A stretch of 64,000 nucleotides of DNA from Octopus sinensis (Eukaryota). The stretch spans positions 12,338,001-12,402,000 of the forward strand of contig NC_042999.1 of NCBI RefSeq assembly GCF_006345805.1. The letters are read 5' to 3'. Position numbers and translations under genes: made by a program. This document shows, one piece after another, positions 1 through 10,470 of this stretch (position 1 is its first letter; the number at the start of each line of letters is the position of its first letter). The notes beneath the pieces were generated by a model, which was not told the origin of the DNA, did not search any database, and saw nothing but the letters and a program-made list of their open reading frames with translations.

Positions 1-722
1 ACTAGTTTATCAGGTCTAGTGGCAAACAAGAATCTATCTTTTATGGATAGAGAAAAAGACAGTTTAAGTGGCAGAGCCATAAATCAAGATCCCTTTGAAG
101 TAGAAACCATTTGGGTCCAGTACTTAACTATTTGACAGCCATAATCCCATGATAATTTGAAATAAATACATACATTTTAGAGAGTTTTTCAAAGAATCAG
201 AATAATTTTAGTATTTTACACAATATAGGGATGGAGAATATAGAAATAATTTCATATTTATATAAGTTTCTATACCAATTTAATATAAATTTATAGTTAA
301 TTAGTAAATAGTAATTTATTGGTATTAATGAGTTAAATTGAAGGAATATGTTAAAATTTTCATATATTTTCTACATGCTAATAACTTTAGAATATATTTC
401 TTGTATTATAAAATAGATAGTGAAATATATCAGTATGGTTCTTCATAGGTTGAGTGTGAACTCAATAGAAATGTATTATCAGTAAAATGGTATAGTGGGT
501 AAATAAGTAAGAAAAAAATGGTTTAAAATAAAAATAAAGGGATTTAAATAAGTAAATTGAAAAATAAATATAAAGTTATTGTAGAATATTATAGATAAGG
601 GGTAGAATAGATTTGTGTTCTATAAACTTATTATAGATTATACTTAGCTTATTTATATTAATAGGTGAGGTAAGCTGCTATAAGAAAATCTCTTATAATT
701 TTATAATTTCTAGATTAAAATT

Positions 723-944
723 AACAATTGCAGCGTGGAAGGTGTTTATAAGCCATTTAAGAAACACACAAAAACCATTAGATTCACTTCAACTTTTTAA
801 TTTAATTTGTCAAAATATTTTCGTTGCTTTGAGACTGCGACCTGTTCACTGACAAAACTTCATGCTGCATCATGTTGAAGTGAATCTAACGGTTTTTGTG
901 TGTTTCTTAAATGGTTTATAAACACCTTCCACGTTGCAATTGTT
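723..944. mobile_element. Small foldback element: ~71-bp inverted arms around a hammerhead-like motif
   Basis: 723-793 (aacaattgcagcgtggaaggtg...cacttcaac) is the near-perfect reverse complement of 874-944. Confidence 0.85.
806..856 (-). ncRNA. Hammerhead-ribozyme-like motif, G3-C8 variant
   Basis: Minus strand: UUUGUCA-GUGAACA-G-GUCGC(aguCucaaa)GCAAC-GAAAA-UA-UUU-UGACAAA. 7-bp stem I, stem II with one mismatch, short palindromic stem III. Confidence 0.5.
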
Positions 945-1592
945 TTCATTCCAGCACATGATCTCAGATCAAGTCACTCGCTATGCAAGTACATCTCCGC
1001 AGATTAAAATTGATATTTCCTTATCATGGGAATTGTCATGAATGACTAGTGTTTAATATCGAGTAAAGAAATGATCAAGCTATTGGGTAAAAGTTATATT
1101 ATTAATAAGACTTATATAAAAGTTTTGGTTTCTGTTATAGATTTAAGAAAAAGTTATTATCGTTCCTTATATGATAATTTATATTTATTAATTGGTACTT
1201 ATAAAATATTATCTTCTTCGTTATTTAAAATCTATTTAAAAAGCTTTCTAATACATACCAAGATCATGAGGGTAGGGTTGTTTTAGAGAAATAGAAACCA
1301 AATAACCTAGATATTATTATCTATTCTTTATCAGATTTTGAATATTAATTTAGGGGATTTAGAAGAACTTTTTATCAGAATATTCCTAGTAAATAAGGTA
1401 TTAATTGGCACACATATCAAAAACCTTAAAAATATAATGGAAAGGAGACAACCAAGATGTTATCTCCTAAAATTAGGAATATTTAAATTTAGTATTTAAG
1501 AGTGGAGTGTGGTTTCATGAGGTATAATAATTTAGGCTGGTTAGTGGTCATATTTATAATATTAAAATATATATATGTGTGCATATATATGC

Positions 1593-1635
<43 letters not shown>

Positions 1636-1640
<5 letters not shown>

Positions 1641-2802
1641 GAAAGGTTTGAAAATGCAATTTTAAAAGATGTTTATTTCTTTTACCGGTTTCACTCTTTG
1701 GAAAAAGATTGTCAAAAGTAACATGTAGAAGTTTGGTTGCATTAATTATTGGTTGTTACAAATTACTACATTACATACATATAGTCTTTGGTAACAGGGA
1801 CATGTTACAAAGACACACAAAGACACACACACACTCACACCATTCTGACCTCCATACAGACACACATATACACAAGCAGCACCATGTCAAATGCCATCCA
1901 CACACATACATACACACACACACACACAACACCAAGACAACCACACACGCAGTTGACAAACGGACACACATATACACACACCATCCTAGCAGATCTTACA
2001 AACACACAGACACATCTATTCACACCACATATGTATATACACACACAAAGACACACACACTCACCCCATCCTGACCCCTAAATCATTGATGCTTGAAGGA
2101 GAGACAAAAAGGATAAATTCTTTTCAGCTCCACATTACTCCTCCTTTCCCCCACCCAAACACACCTACTGTGTCCCTTAAAATAGATAATATTCTTTTAA
2201 GTTAACATGGTGGACAGGTCAGTTTTAGCTTCACTACTATTATAATATAAATCTTTTTGAACTCATAATATTCTGTACTTGTATACCAATATTCTACTGA
2301 ACTTTCTTAATAATTCCTTCTGGAAATTATCTTGAGAATGTATAATATATTTGTTGTAATCTTTTGTGCCCATTATTTCAATGAGCTTGTTAAACTTTTT
2401 TATATTCTCAACATGCTCTTGTCACCAAAGAATGTATATTTATATGGATTGTAGTACTCTGTGTCAACCAATATTTTGTGCATGTTTGAATATACAGATA
2501 CAATACCAATACCAATATCAATTCCTTCTGGAAACTATCTTAAGCATGTTCTTGAGAATGATTATTTATGTAGTAATCTTTTGTGCCCAATATTTTAAGG
2601 AACTTGTTGAACTTTTTTATGTCCTTAACATGTCCCTGCTACCAAAGACTGTATATATGTAATGTAGCAATTTGTAACAACCAATGATTAACGCAACCAA
2701 ACTTCTACATGCTACTTTTGACAATCTTTTTCCAAAGAGTGAAACCAGTAAAGTAAATAAACATCTTTTAAAATTGCATTTTCAAACCATCTTTCGTATA
2801 TA
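1636..2802. mobile_element. Foldback element with ~180-bp inverted arms; internal (CA)-rich tract and degenerate ~220-bp direct repeats
   Basis: 1636-1812 is the reverse complement of 2621-2802; both ends carry TA-repeat sequence. Confidence 0.8.
2713..2755 (+). ncRNA. Hammerhead-ribozyme-like motif, U3-A8 variant (mirror copy at 1679-1720, minus strand)
   Basis: UACUU-UUGACAA-UCUUU(UUCC)AAAGA-GU-GAAAC-CA-GUA-AAGUA. The mirror copy has the palindromic GAAACCGGUA. There is a 2-nt insertion before GAAA. Confidence 0.4.
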
Positions 2803-2899
2803 ATTCCACTCATGCGGTACCCTACAACTCCACTTTGTTATATATATATATATATGTATATGCATATGTGTGTATATATATATAAACAGTAATAATGGT

Positions 2900-5050
2900 T
2901 AATAGTAATAATGTGTTTTGAATGGCACAGCAATGCACTAAAATAACAACAATGGACTATGCTGTAATTTAATCATCAATAGTCTGATATAATATTTCGG
3001 AACATAGAAATTCCTTCTTCAGATATCCCCAGGGATTGATCGAGTCACTGCTACAATCGGTTTACCAATGGTCTTTCCTCTTTTTTTTTTTGTCTTTTCT
3101 GGAAGTGTCTCTGCACTGGTCTCACAATGCTCCTTCTGGAATTTCTCGTGAGGAGTGCATGAGGGTGGCCATGTCTCAGGCTCGTGTGTGCATCTGTAGT
3201 GCTGCTTGTAAGTTATATATTATAAGTGCAGTTTCTTCTTCCTGTTTTTTGTTCGTTCTTCGTTTTTCTTTTTTTCCTTCCCCTCTTTTTAAAAAAAAAT
3301 GATACCGGTGCCCCAGCATGGCCACAGCTCATGAGCTGAAACTAGAATCAATCAATCAATCATACATAATATATGAGCATGTCATAAAAAAAACCTACAT
3401 GCATCCAAATGTAGCTAGAGAATATATTGACTGCCAAGCTCCAGCCTGTTGTTGATTTGGGGCCCTAGTCTGCCTATGAGAATAGCTTCCTTAATTCCCA
3501 AATTTGTTTCATTGGCTTCAGTTGTGACTGTTTTGCTTTTGTCGGTGTTCCAGCATCTGTCTAGATGTTTTCTGAAAAAGGAGGCTCTCATGTTCAGATG
3601 TTCTTCAATGTGGACATATAACGGTCTTGTTGTGCTACCCACATAGAACTTGTTGCATTTGTTACATTGTATTAGGGAGTGCTTTGACAGGTCCAGGACG
3701 TCCCTTACAAGGCTTGGTATGTATTTCAAAATAGGTTTCAGTAATATATCTAAAAAGTTGCTGAGTCAGTGTATTCCACAGTTTGGGCCTGCTATGATTG
3801 GTCTAAATTTAAGGTTGGGGGGAAATTGCATGTTTATGCAACTTGAAGTTGGTTCTTTACATGCATTCTTAATAATTTGATTCTTATAGATTTTTGGGAG
3901 ACCATAGAAGTAGTTAGTCTTGCAATCAAAATGGGTTAGGTAGTCACATTCTTTGTTTGTCTGTGAATGAATGTGTTCAGTTTAGTCATCACTGTCTTTG
4001 ATTTTTGGTAATCATTTACCTTTTCAGTTGTGGATCATATCTTGTAATTGAGATAGTATATCTGTTTTTTAGTATTCAATATCCATAATAACTATAGAAC
4101 TTCCCTTATCTGCTGCCTTAATTATAATGCCGTTATTGGTTTTCAGTTCATGTATAATATCCCATTCCTTTTGACTGGTATTGGGCTTAATTTTAGGGTG
4201 TGGATGTCCTTTGTTAGGGAAGGTAGATATAAAATCACAAAATTTATCTTACCTTTCATAGGCTTGCAATTGCTCCTGTTTTTTACAATTGATTTGTCTG
4301 TTTTCTTTATCATATAATTCCTCTGTTAGGCATAGTTTTCTGCAGAATTGTGAAATATCATTCTGTATTTCATTGGAGTTAGGGTGCTGTGATGTTGGGG
4401 TAAATTTTAGGCTTTTTGATAAAATATTAATTCCTTCTACTGAGAGAGTTTTTTTTTGATAGGTTAATTATCTTCCGCTTCTCATCTCCAGTTTGTGCCA
4501 TCTGGTGTTGAGAACTCTGTCTGTTGGATCTAAAAAATGATTTCCTAAAGTTTTCTTTTTATTACTATTTATATATCCGAGGACATTTTTTCCTGTTAAC
4601 TTGTCCTCTTTTGTATTCATTTTGTACATTTGTTGTTCTGGATTGTGGTTGTTTCTTTCTGTAATTGTATTTTAAGATGATATTTTTTATCCGTTGTGTA
4701 TGTCTTTGGTTTGGGGGAGAGTTCAGTCAAGTCAGAAAGAAAACTTTGATTCTTTTAGTTGGATTATTTTGTTGCTGAAGTAATCTTGAATTGTCCTTAT
4801 GGAATTGGTGACTATAATTTCCATATTTAGGTATTTGATTAATCGTTGTGATTTTAACTTTCTTCAGAAATGGGTTCTCAGTTGAGTACTTGTTTTTGAA
4901 ATAAGATTCATAACTGGAGAACCAAAGAGCACTTTTCTCCCACCATTGAAGAGATGTTAATTCCTTGTTTTCACATTTTTCTCTCCAGAGTTTAATATTG
5001 TTTTCTCAGCCTTCAGATATTTCTGAAATTTCTGAAAATCTGAAATCGCA
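2900..5050 (-). mobile_element. Penelope-like retroelement, decayed and internally deleted (RT N-terminus joined to GIY-YIG endonuclease)
   Basis: Minus translation FYGLPKIYK...KFRPIIAGPNCGIH*LSNFLDILLKPILKYIPSLVRDVLDL then LIQCNKCNKFYVGSTTRPLYVHIEEH...KEAILI..LGPQIN (3415-3729). An upstream IKAADKGSSIVIM-like motif lies near 4090-4140. Outer boundaries are approximate. Confidence 0.85.
2986..3027 (-). ncRNA. Minimal hammerhead ribozyme with canonical core in the putative 3' pLTR of the Penelope-like element
   Basis: Minus strand: GAUAU-CUGAAGA-A-GGAA(uuucuaug)UUCC-GAAA-UA-UU-AUAUC; ~390 nt downstream of the GIY-YIG stop, same strand. Confidence 0.6.
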
Positions 5051-5255
5051 ATCCGACTATGTATGTTGGGGACTTACCTTCCTTTGTCAGTCACTTAAGA
5101 CAGTGAATTTGTGGCTTTGAGTTAGTTTAAATCTAATCTTTAGCAAAAACGGTGCCAGTCAGTACCCTCTGTCGCTTTTGTGACATCTATTAATTTTACC
5201 TTTAGGTTCTAATTGGTAATAAGACACCCTTTTTTAATTTTTTATAACCTGCTTA

Positions 5256-5960
5256 TCAACCACATGTGTTGCACCTTGGGCAAGTGTCTTCTGCTATAGG
5301 CTTGGGCTGACCAAAGCCTTGTGAGTGGATTTGGTAGATGGAAGCTGAAAGAAATCCGTCAAAGATATATAGGTGCAGGAGTGGCTGTGTGGTAAGTAGC
5401 TTGCTTACCAACCACATGGTTCTGGGTTCAGTCCCACTGCATGGCATCTTGGGCAAGTGTCTTCTGCTATAGCCCCAGGCCGACCAATGCCTTGTGAGTG
5501 GATTTGGTAGATGGAAGCTGAAAGAAATCCGTCAAAGATATATAGGTGCAGGAGTGGCTGTGTGGTAAGTAGCTTGCTTACCAACCACATGGTTCTGGGT
5601 TCAGTCCCACTGCATGGCATCTTGGGCAAGTGTCTTCTGCTATAGCCCCAGGCCGACCAATGCCTTGTGAGTGGATTTCGTAGACGGAAACTGAAAGAAG
5701 CCTGTCGTATATATGTATATATATATGTATGTATGTGTATGTATATGTTTGTGTGTCTGTGTTTGTCCCTCTAGCATTGCTTGACAACCGATGCTGGTGT
5801 GTTTACGTCCTCGTCACTTAGCGGTTCGGCAAAAGAGACTGATAGAATAAGTACTGGGCTTACAAAGAATAAGTCCCAGGGTCGATTTGCTCGACTTAAG
5901 GCGGTGCTCCAGCATGGCCGCAGTCAAATGACTGAAACAAGTAAAAGAGTAAAAGAGTAT
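5256..5960 (+). mobile_element. tRNA-derived SINE (family A, GTGGCTGTGTGGTAAG head) with tandemly triplicated head, 173-bp period
   Basis: Heads at ~5256 (partial), 5381 and 5554, then a (TA/GT) spacer and tail ...CAAATGACTGAAACAAGTAAAAGAGT. Same family as 30120-30516 and 43686-44090. Confidence 0.85.
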
Positions 5961-5974
5961 GCACTACACCCTCA

Positions 5975-6122
5975 GACTCTACACTCTCGGAGTGGTTGGC
6001 GTTAGGAAGGGCATCCAGCTGTAGAAACACTGCCAGATCAGATTGGGGCCTGGTGCAGCGATCTGGTTCGCCAGACTTCAGTCAAATTGTCCAACCCAGA
6101 AAGCAGACGTTAAACGATGATG
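5975..6122 (+). mobile_element. RTE 3'-tail repeat (family B) ending GACGTTAAACGATGATGAT
   Basis: Matches the 3' ends of the RTE LINE copies at 33150-33343 and 50850-51034. Confidence 0.85.
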
Positions 6123-6162
<40 letters not shown>

Positions 6163-7315
6163 GTGTGGGTATGTGTGTGTGTATGTGTGTATGTGTGTGT
6201 GTGTGGGTGTGTATTTGTGTGTCTGTGTTTGTCTCCCTAACATTGCTTGACAACCAATGCTCATGTGTTTATGTCCCTGTAACTTAATGGTTTGGCAAAA
6301 GAGACCAATAGCATAAGTACTAGGGTTATAAAGAATAAGTCCTGGAATCGATTTTCTTGACTAAAGGTGGTGCCCCACATGGCTGCAGTCAAATGACCGA
6401 AACAAGTAAAAGAATCTCTTATTATAAAAGGCAGATTTTATCTGCCTCCCTTTGTCAGTTATAGAAATCTACAATATAGGATTTCTTCAATTACAATTTA
6501 CCTAGCATTTTTAAGAGTAGAATGCATCGGGTCATGCCAGGTCCAGTTTTTAAAATTTCAACCCCAATTAAGCAAAATTTACAGAAAACTCACATTGTGG
6601 TGTATGAGTCAAATGCTTCTCTTAATGTGGGCTACAGCACTCGCACACACACACACACACAAAAAGGGAGCGATCTCATTCACTCACGCTATCACTTATT
6701 TCTACGACTTTCTCTTTGCAAGTAAAGTGAAACTAATTCGATAAAACGAGAGAAGTGTACCTTAAACAACTACTAAAAAAAAAAAAACAGCAAACAGAAA
6801 CAAATAAATACATAACGATTTACTCCTCACACAATTTCTTCAATTAGAGTGTACCCATGATTTTTCAGAGTACTTCCAGTGGGTGATGCCATAAAAAATT
6901 TCTTTCAATTTTACCACCAATTAAGACAAAATTCGAGAAAACTCAATATTTTAACATTTCACTCCGAAAGCATTGATGTACATGTGTGCGTGCGTGAGTG
7001 TGTGTGTGTCATTCCTCACACACACGCATACACATACATATATGAGAGTGGCAAACACAAACGTTTCAAACAACTACATACAAACACGTGTGTGTTTGTT
7101 ATTAGTAAAAAAGGCGCCAAAACACAACTCACTTATCATTCCAACACATTTGCTATAACAATACAGAAAAGGTAAATTGGTTTTTATTTTACTCTGTATA
7201 TATTTTATTATATAATATTATATATAGATAGATGTATATATAATTGCAGTATGAAACAGTGTTTATGTATAAACAGACGACACTATATAGTTATTAATAA
7301 ATGTATGCATCCGTT

Positions 7316-7640
7316 TAACCCTTTCGTTACCAAACCGCCCGAATTTACCTATTCATATTTAAATGAGAATATCAGAGTAAATCTCTTTAGTACATTCGTG
7401 AAAACACGTATTATACTTCGTAAAGAGTTCAACTACATTTTTGTACAAAAATCGAAGTGTAATTTTAATTCCGTGAATTATGGGAGATTTTTTTCCGAAA
7501 TTTGTTCCTATTGTGTTTTCAAAATTTGTAATTCTGACAAAAAATGGATACGAATTTCATTATATCAAGCAGCGAGTCAGAATTCGAAGGATTTTCTACT
7601 GAAGACCTTCATAAATCTAACTCTATGACTGAAAAAAAAA
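7316..7640 (+). mobile_element. Possible piggyBac-like non-autonomous fragment
   Basis: Begins TTAA|CCCTTTCGTTACC and carries a SSSESEFEGF-type acidic ORF start. A matching end motif (GGCAACGAAAGAGTTAA) occurs in another copy near 21001-21017. Confidence 0.35.
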
Positions 7641-7644
7641 AGCA

Positions 7645-8022
7645 TCTTTATATAAGAGTGAAGTTGTGTGTCTGTCTCCTACGATTTAGATTCGTAACTA
7701 CTCCCACATTTTGCGGTGTAGTTTAACCAAAAGCGTGTATCTTATAGTCGTGATTCATATCGAGCCCTTCTACGATGAGTCTACGATTTAAAAAAAATTT
7801 ACTATCATATTTTTCCATTTTAATGCATTTTTTTCGCTTTTATATAAGGGAAGTAACTCTCTAAAAATATCTACGATGTGTCAACGATTTAAAAAAAAAA
7901 TTTACCTTAATTTTTTTTCAATTTCTAATGCATTTTTTTGCTATTTTTTGGCTATAACTCTCTAAAAATGCTTATATAGTTATTTCCCTTACAACCCGAG
8001 CAACGCCGTGCGATACTGCTAG
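7645..8022 (+). mobile_element. Non-autonomous Helitron-like element
   Basis: A|TCTTTATATAA... start; ends with GC-rich subterminal CCCGAGCAACGCCGTGCG then ...CTGCTAG|T. Inserted between A and T with no TSD. Confidence 0.7.
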
Positions 8023-8049
8023 TTATAGAATAAAAGAATATGTATATAT

Positions 8050-8235
8050 ATATCATCATCATCATTTAACGTCCACTTTCCATGCTAGCATGGGTTGGAC
8101 GATTTGACTGAGGACTGACGTACCAGATGGGTGCACCAGGCTCCAATCTGATCTAGCAGTGTTTCTACAGCTGGATGCCCTTCCTAACGCCAACCACTCT
8201 GAGAGTGTAGCGGGTGCTTTTACGTGCCACCGGCA
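8050..8235 (-). mobile_element. RTE 3'-tail repeat (family B)
   Basis: (CAT)n TTTAACGTCCACTTTCCATGCTAGCATGGGTTGG... Similar minus-strand copies at ~11755, 16120-16600, 18390-18690, 26570-26770 and 61640-61715. Confidence 0.85.
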
Positions 8236-8736
8236 TATATATGTATATATATATATATATATATATCATCATCAACATCATCGTTTAACATCTTTCTCTC
8301 CCTCTAACTGGATAATCATGAACCTCCTTTACAGCAAGGCACCTGTTTCTATCCTTCTGTCACACTTTAACTTCTCATCACCTGGCACAAAGCCACCTCT
8401 TCCAATGACCTCTCCCCCTCCCAAAGGCTCTTTGTCTTGAGAGTTACCTGGTAACCCCCACTAGTGCTGATACCTTGTAAAATGCATCCAGTCCATACTG
8501 TAAACTGGTTGGCATTTGCAAGTGATTCCAGTTGTAAAAATCATACCAAAACAGACCTCAACAGTGCTGGTGCCTACTCTGTGTGTGTGTGTGTGGGGGG
8601 GGGGGGCAGTTAGGAAGGGCATCTGGTCATAAAAACCCTGCTAAAATGGACACTGAAGCCTGGGGCAATCTTTTATCTGGCCAACTCCTGACAAACCATC
8701 TAACCCATGCCAGCATAGAAGACAAATGTTAAATGG

Positions 8737-8773
<37 letters not shown>

Positions 8774-9741
8774 AAGGATGATGACGATGATAATTTGTAT
8801 TGAAATAAACTGGTAAATGATGTGGGATAAAAACTGACCATAAAATTATTAGTGTACTTTTATTTCTCAGTAAAACATTCAGTAAAGTTGGTGCCAAATG
8901 TGAGCTTTGGTGTGCAGATGACCACTGTGAAAAAAATTCAGAATTTTGGATAAGAAATTGTGTCTATGCATTTCATTTGCATCATGCATCAACTAAAATT
9001 ATATAAAAATAAAATCATTCTCCAGTTTATTATATTTAAGAGCTGAACAAAACATATACTGTCTTGAAATTCCTATTGATTGTAATATTATTTCAAGTGA
9101 TGTCTATGTAGAGTATAGCTAGTTATTTAGTTATCAACAGAAGCTGTTATGCAGTCAGAACATCTCATGATGTGGGAAGCACTACAGTGGTTTTCTATTG
9201 TCTTCTCCAGACAGACTTGAAACCTAATATTTCTCAGAGAAGATGAATGAGAATTAAAATGAATATTCCTTTTTCTAGGGAAAGTAGCAAGAGGACAAAT
9301 GAAGTAACACAATGAGAATTTAGAATGGAATACTTTTGTCCACAATGTGGAAAAGACTCTCGAATAGGCTTCATATGCAGCTGAGCCACAACAATGATTC
9401 AAATGGCATTAGTCTGTCTGAGACACAGGATGTATTCTAGTTTGTACAGAAGAAACAGTCTGTTGCTCTCTTTACGAAATAAATCTCCTGAGTGTACTTG
9501 AACTTAGAACTGCAAGTTCACAAAATATTTGATACTTAATCTCTTCCTTCCTAATCCATTCTTATTTTCCTGTACCTTTCCCCAACCTAAGATTCATCAT
9601 TGCCCACACATTCACCCATGTTCACCATTCACTACATTCTTCTCTATGCTCATTTCTAACCATCCATCACTCTCCTTTCACAGTCTCACAATCTCACCCA
9701 CCCGGTTGTCCTTGATTCTCTGTCATTATTCCCTCTCTATT

Positions 9742-10470
9742 GAAGTGTGGAAAGGGCTTAACAGCAGTAGAAGAATGTGTACAGCATCTTATGTAGGTGA
9801 TACTGAGGAAATTTTATGAAGAGCCGCTTGTGTCTATGCATAGGAGATAGAGAAACCAAAAACCAAAGGAAATTAAAAACCAGAAAAGAACAGCAAAATT
9901 ATCTGTGAGAAGATTTCCAAAGATAGTTGCAGGAAATAGTAATAGTGAGATATGGTGGTGGTTGCAGAAAAGAAGGTTGAAAAGGGAGACAGAAAGTTTG
10001 TTAGTAGCAGCACAAGATCAGGCATTGAAGACTGACTGAATACATGCAAAGACAGACAAAAATCAGGTAGATTCATAATGTAGGTTATGTAAATCAAATG
10101 AGGAAAGTGTTACTCATATAGTAAGTAAATGTAGTATGCTGGCAAAGAAGAACACATATAAAGACATGACAACCTAGGATGAATAATCCACTAGGAGTTC
10201 TGTAGAAAGCTAGGATTTGACCATACTGATAAATGTTTTGAACATAAACCTAGTAAAGTATTAGAAAATAAGAAATATAAGACGTGGTATTTTAACATTC
10301 AGACTAGCAGAGTAATAGACACTAGAAGACCTGATTGAGTAGTAGTAGACAAAGAGAATAGAAAGTACCAGGTAATTGACTCTAGGTATAAAACTTAGTT
10401 TAGTGCAGCTCCAGAAAACAGTGTTATTAGGGACAGGTCACATACTTAGGAAGGTTCTTCATATCTAAAG
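9742..10470 (+). mobile_element. Decayed C-terminal fragment of an R4/Dong-like non-LTR retrotransposon (zinc knuckle + restriction-like endonuclease)
   Basis: With frameshifts: KCGKGLTAVEECV...RETESLLVAAQDQALKT...CRLCKSNEESVTHIVSKCSMLA...RHD...IH*EFCRK...HKPSKVLEN...FNIQTSRVIDTRRPD*VVVDK...LQKTVLLGTGHILRKVL. Confidence 0.75.

Noticed and set aside
1-1560. NUMT (mitochondrial insertion)
   Set aside because: In the frames I tried with the invertebrate mitochondrial code I recognised no mitochondrial protein, and stops were frequent.
1709-2081. HT/CV/YI-repeat ORFs here and at 17.6, 24.7, 26.3 and 46.8 kb
   Set aside because: Translations of (CA)n, (TA)n and (CAT)n microsatellites.
3760-3780. 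In-frame TGA in the PLE RT as selenocysteine recoding
   Set aside because: It falls at a position that is normally Arg (xRLS), so CGA-to-TGA decay explains it; the copy has other disablements.
6415-6640. Second Helitron 5' end (A|TCTCTTATTATAAAAGG)
   Set aside because: No matching 3' hairpin-CTAG end could be assigned.
9127-9402. 91-aa minus ORF
   Set aside because: No recognisable domain or coherent splice sites.
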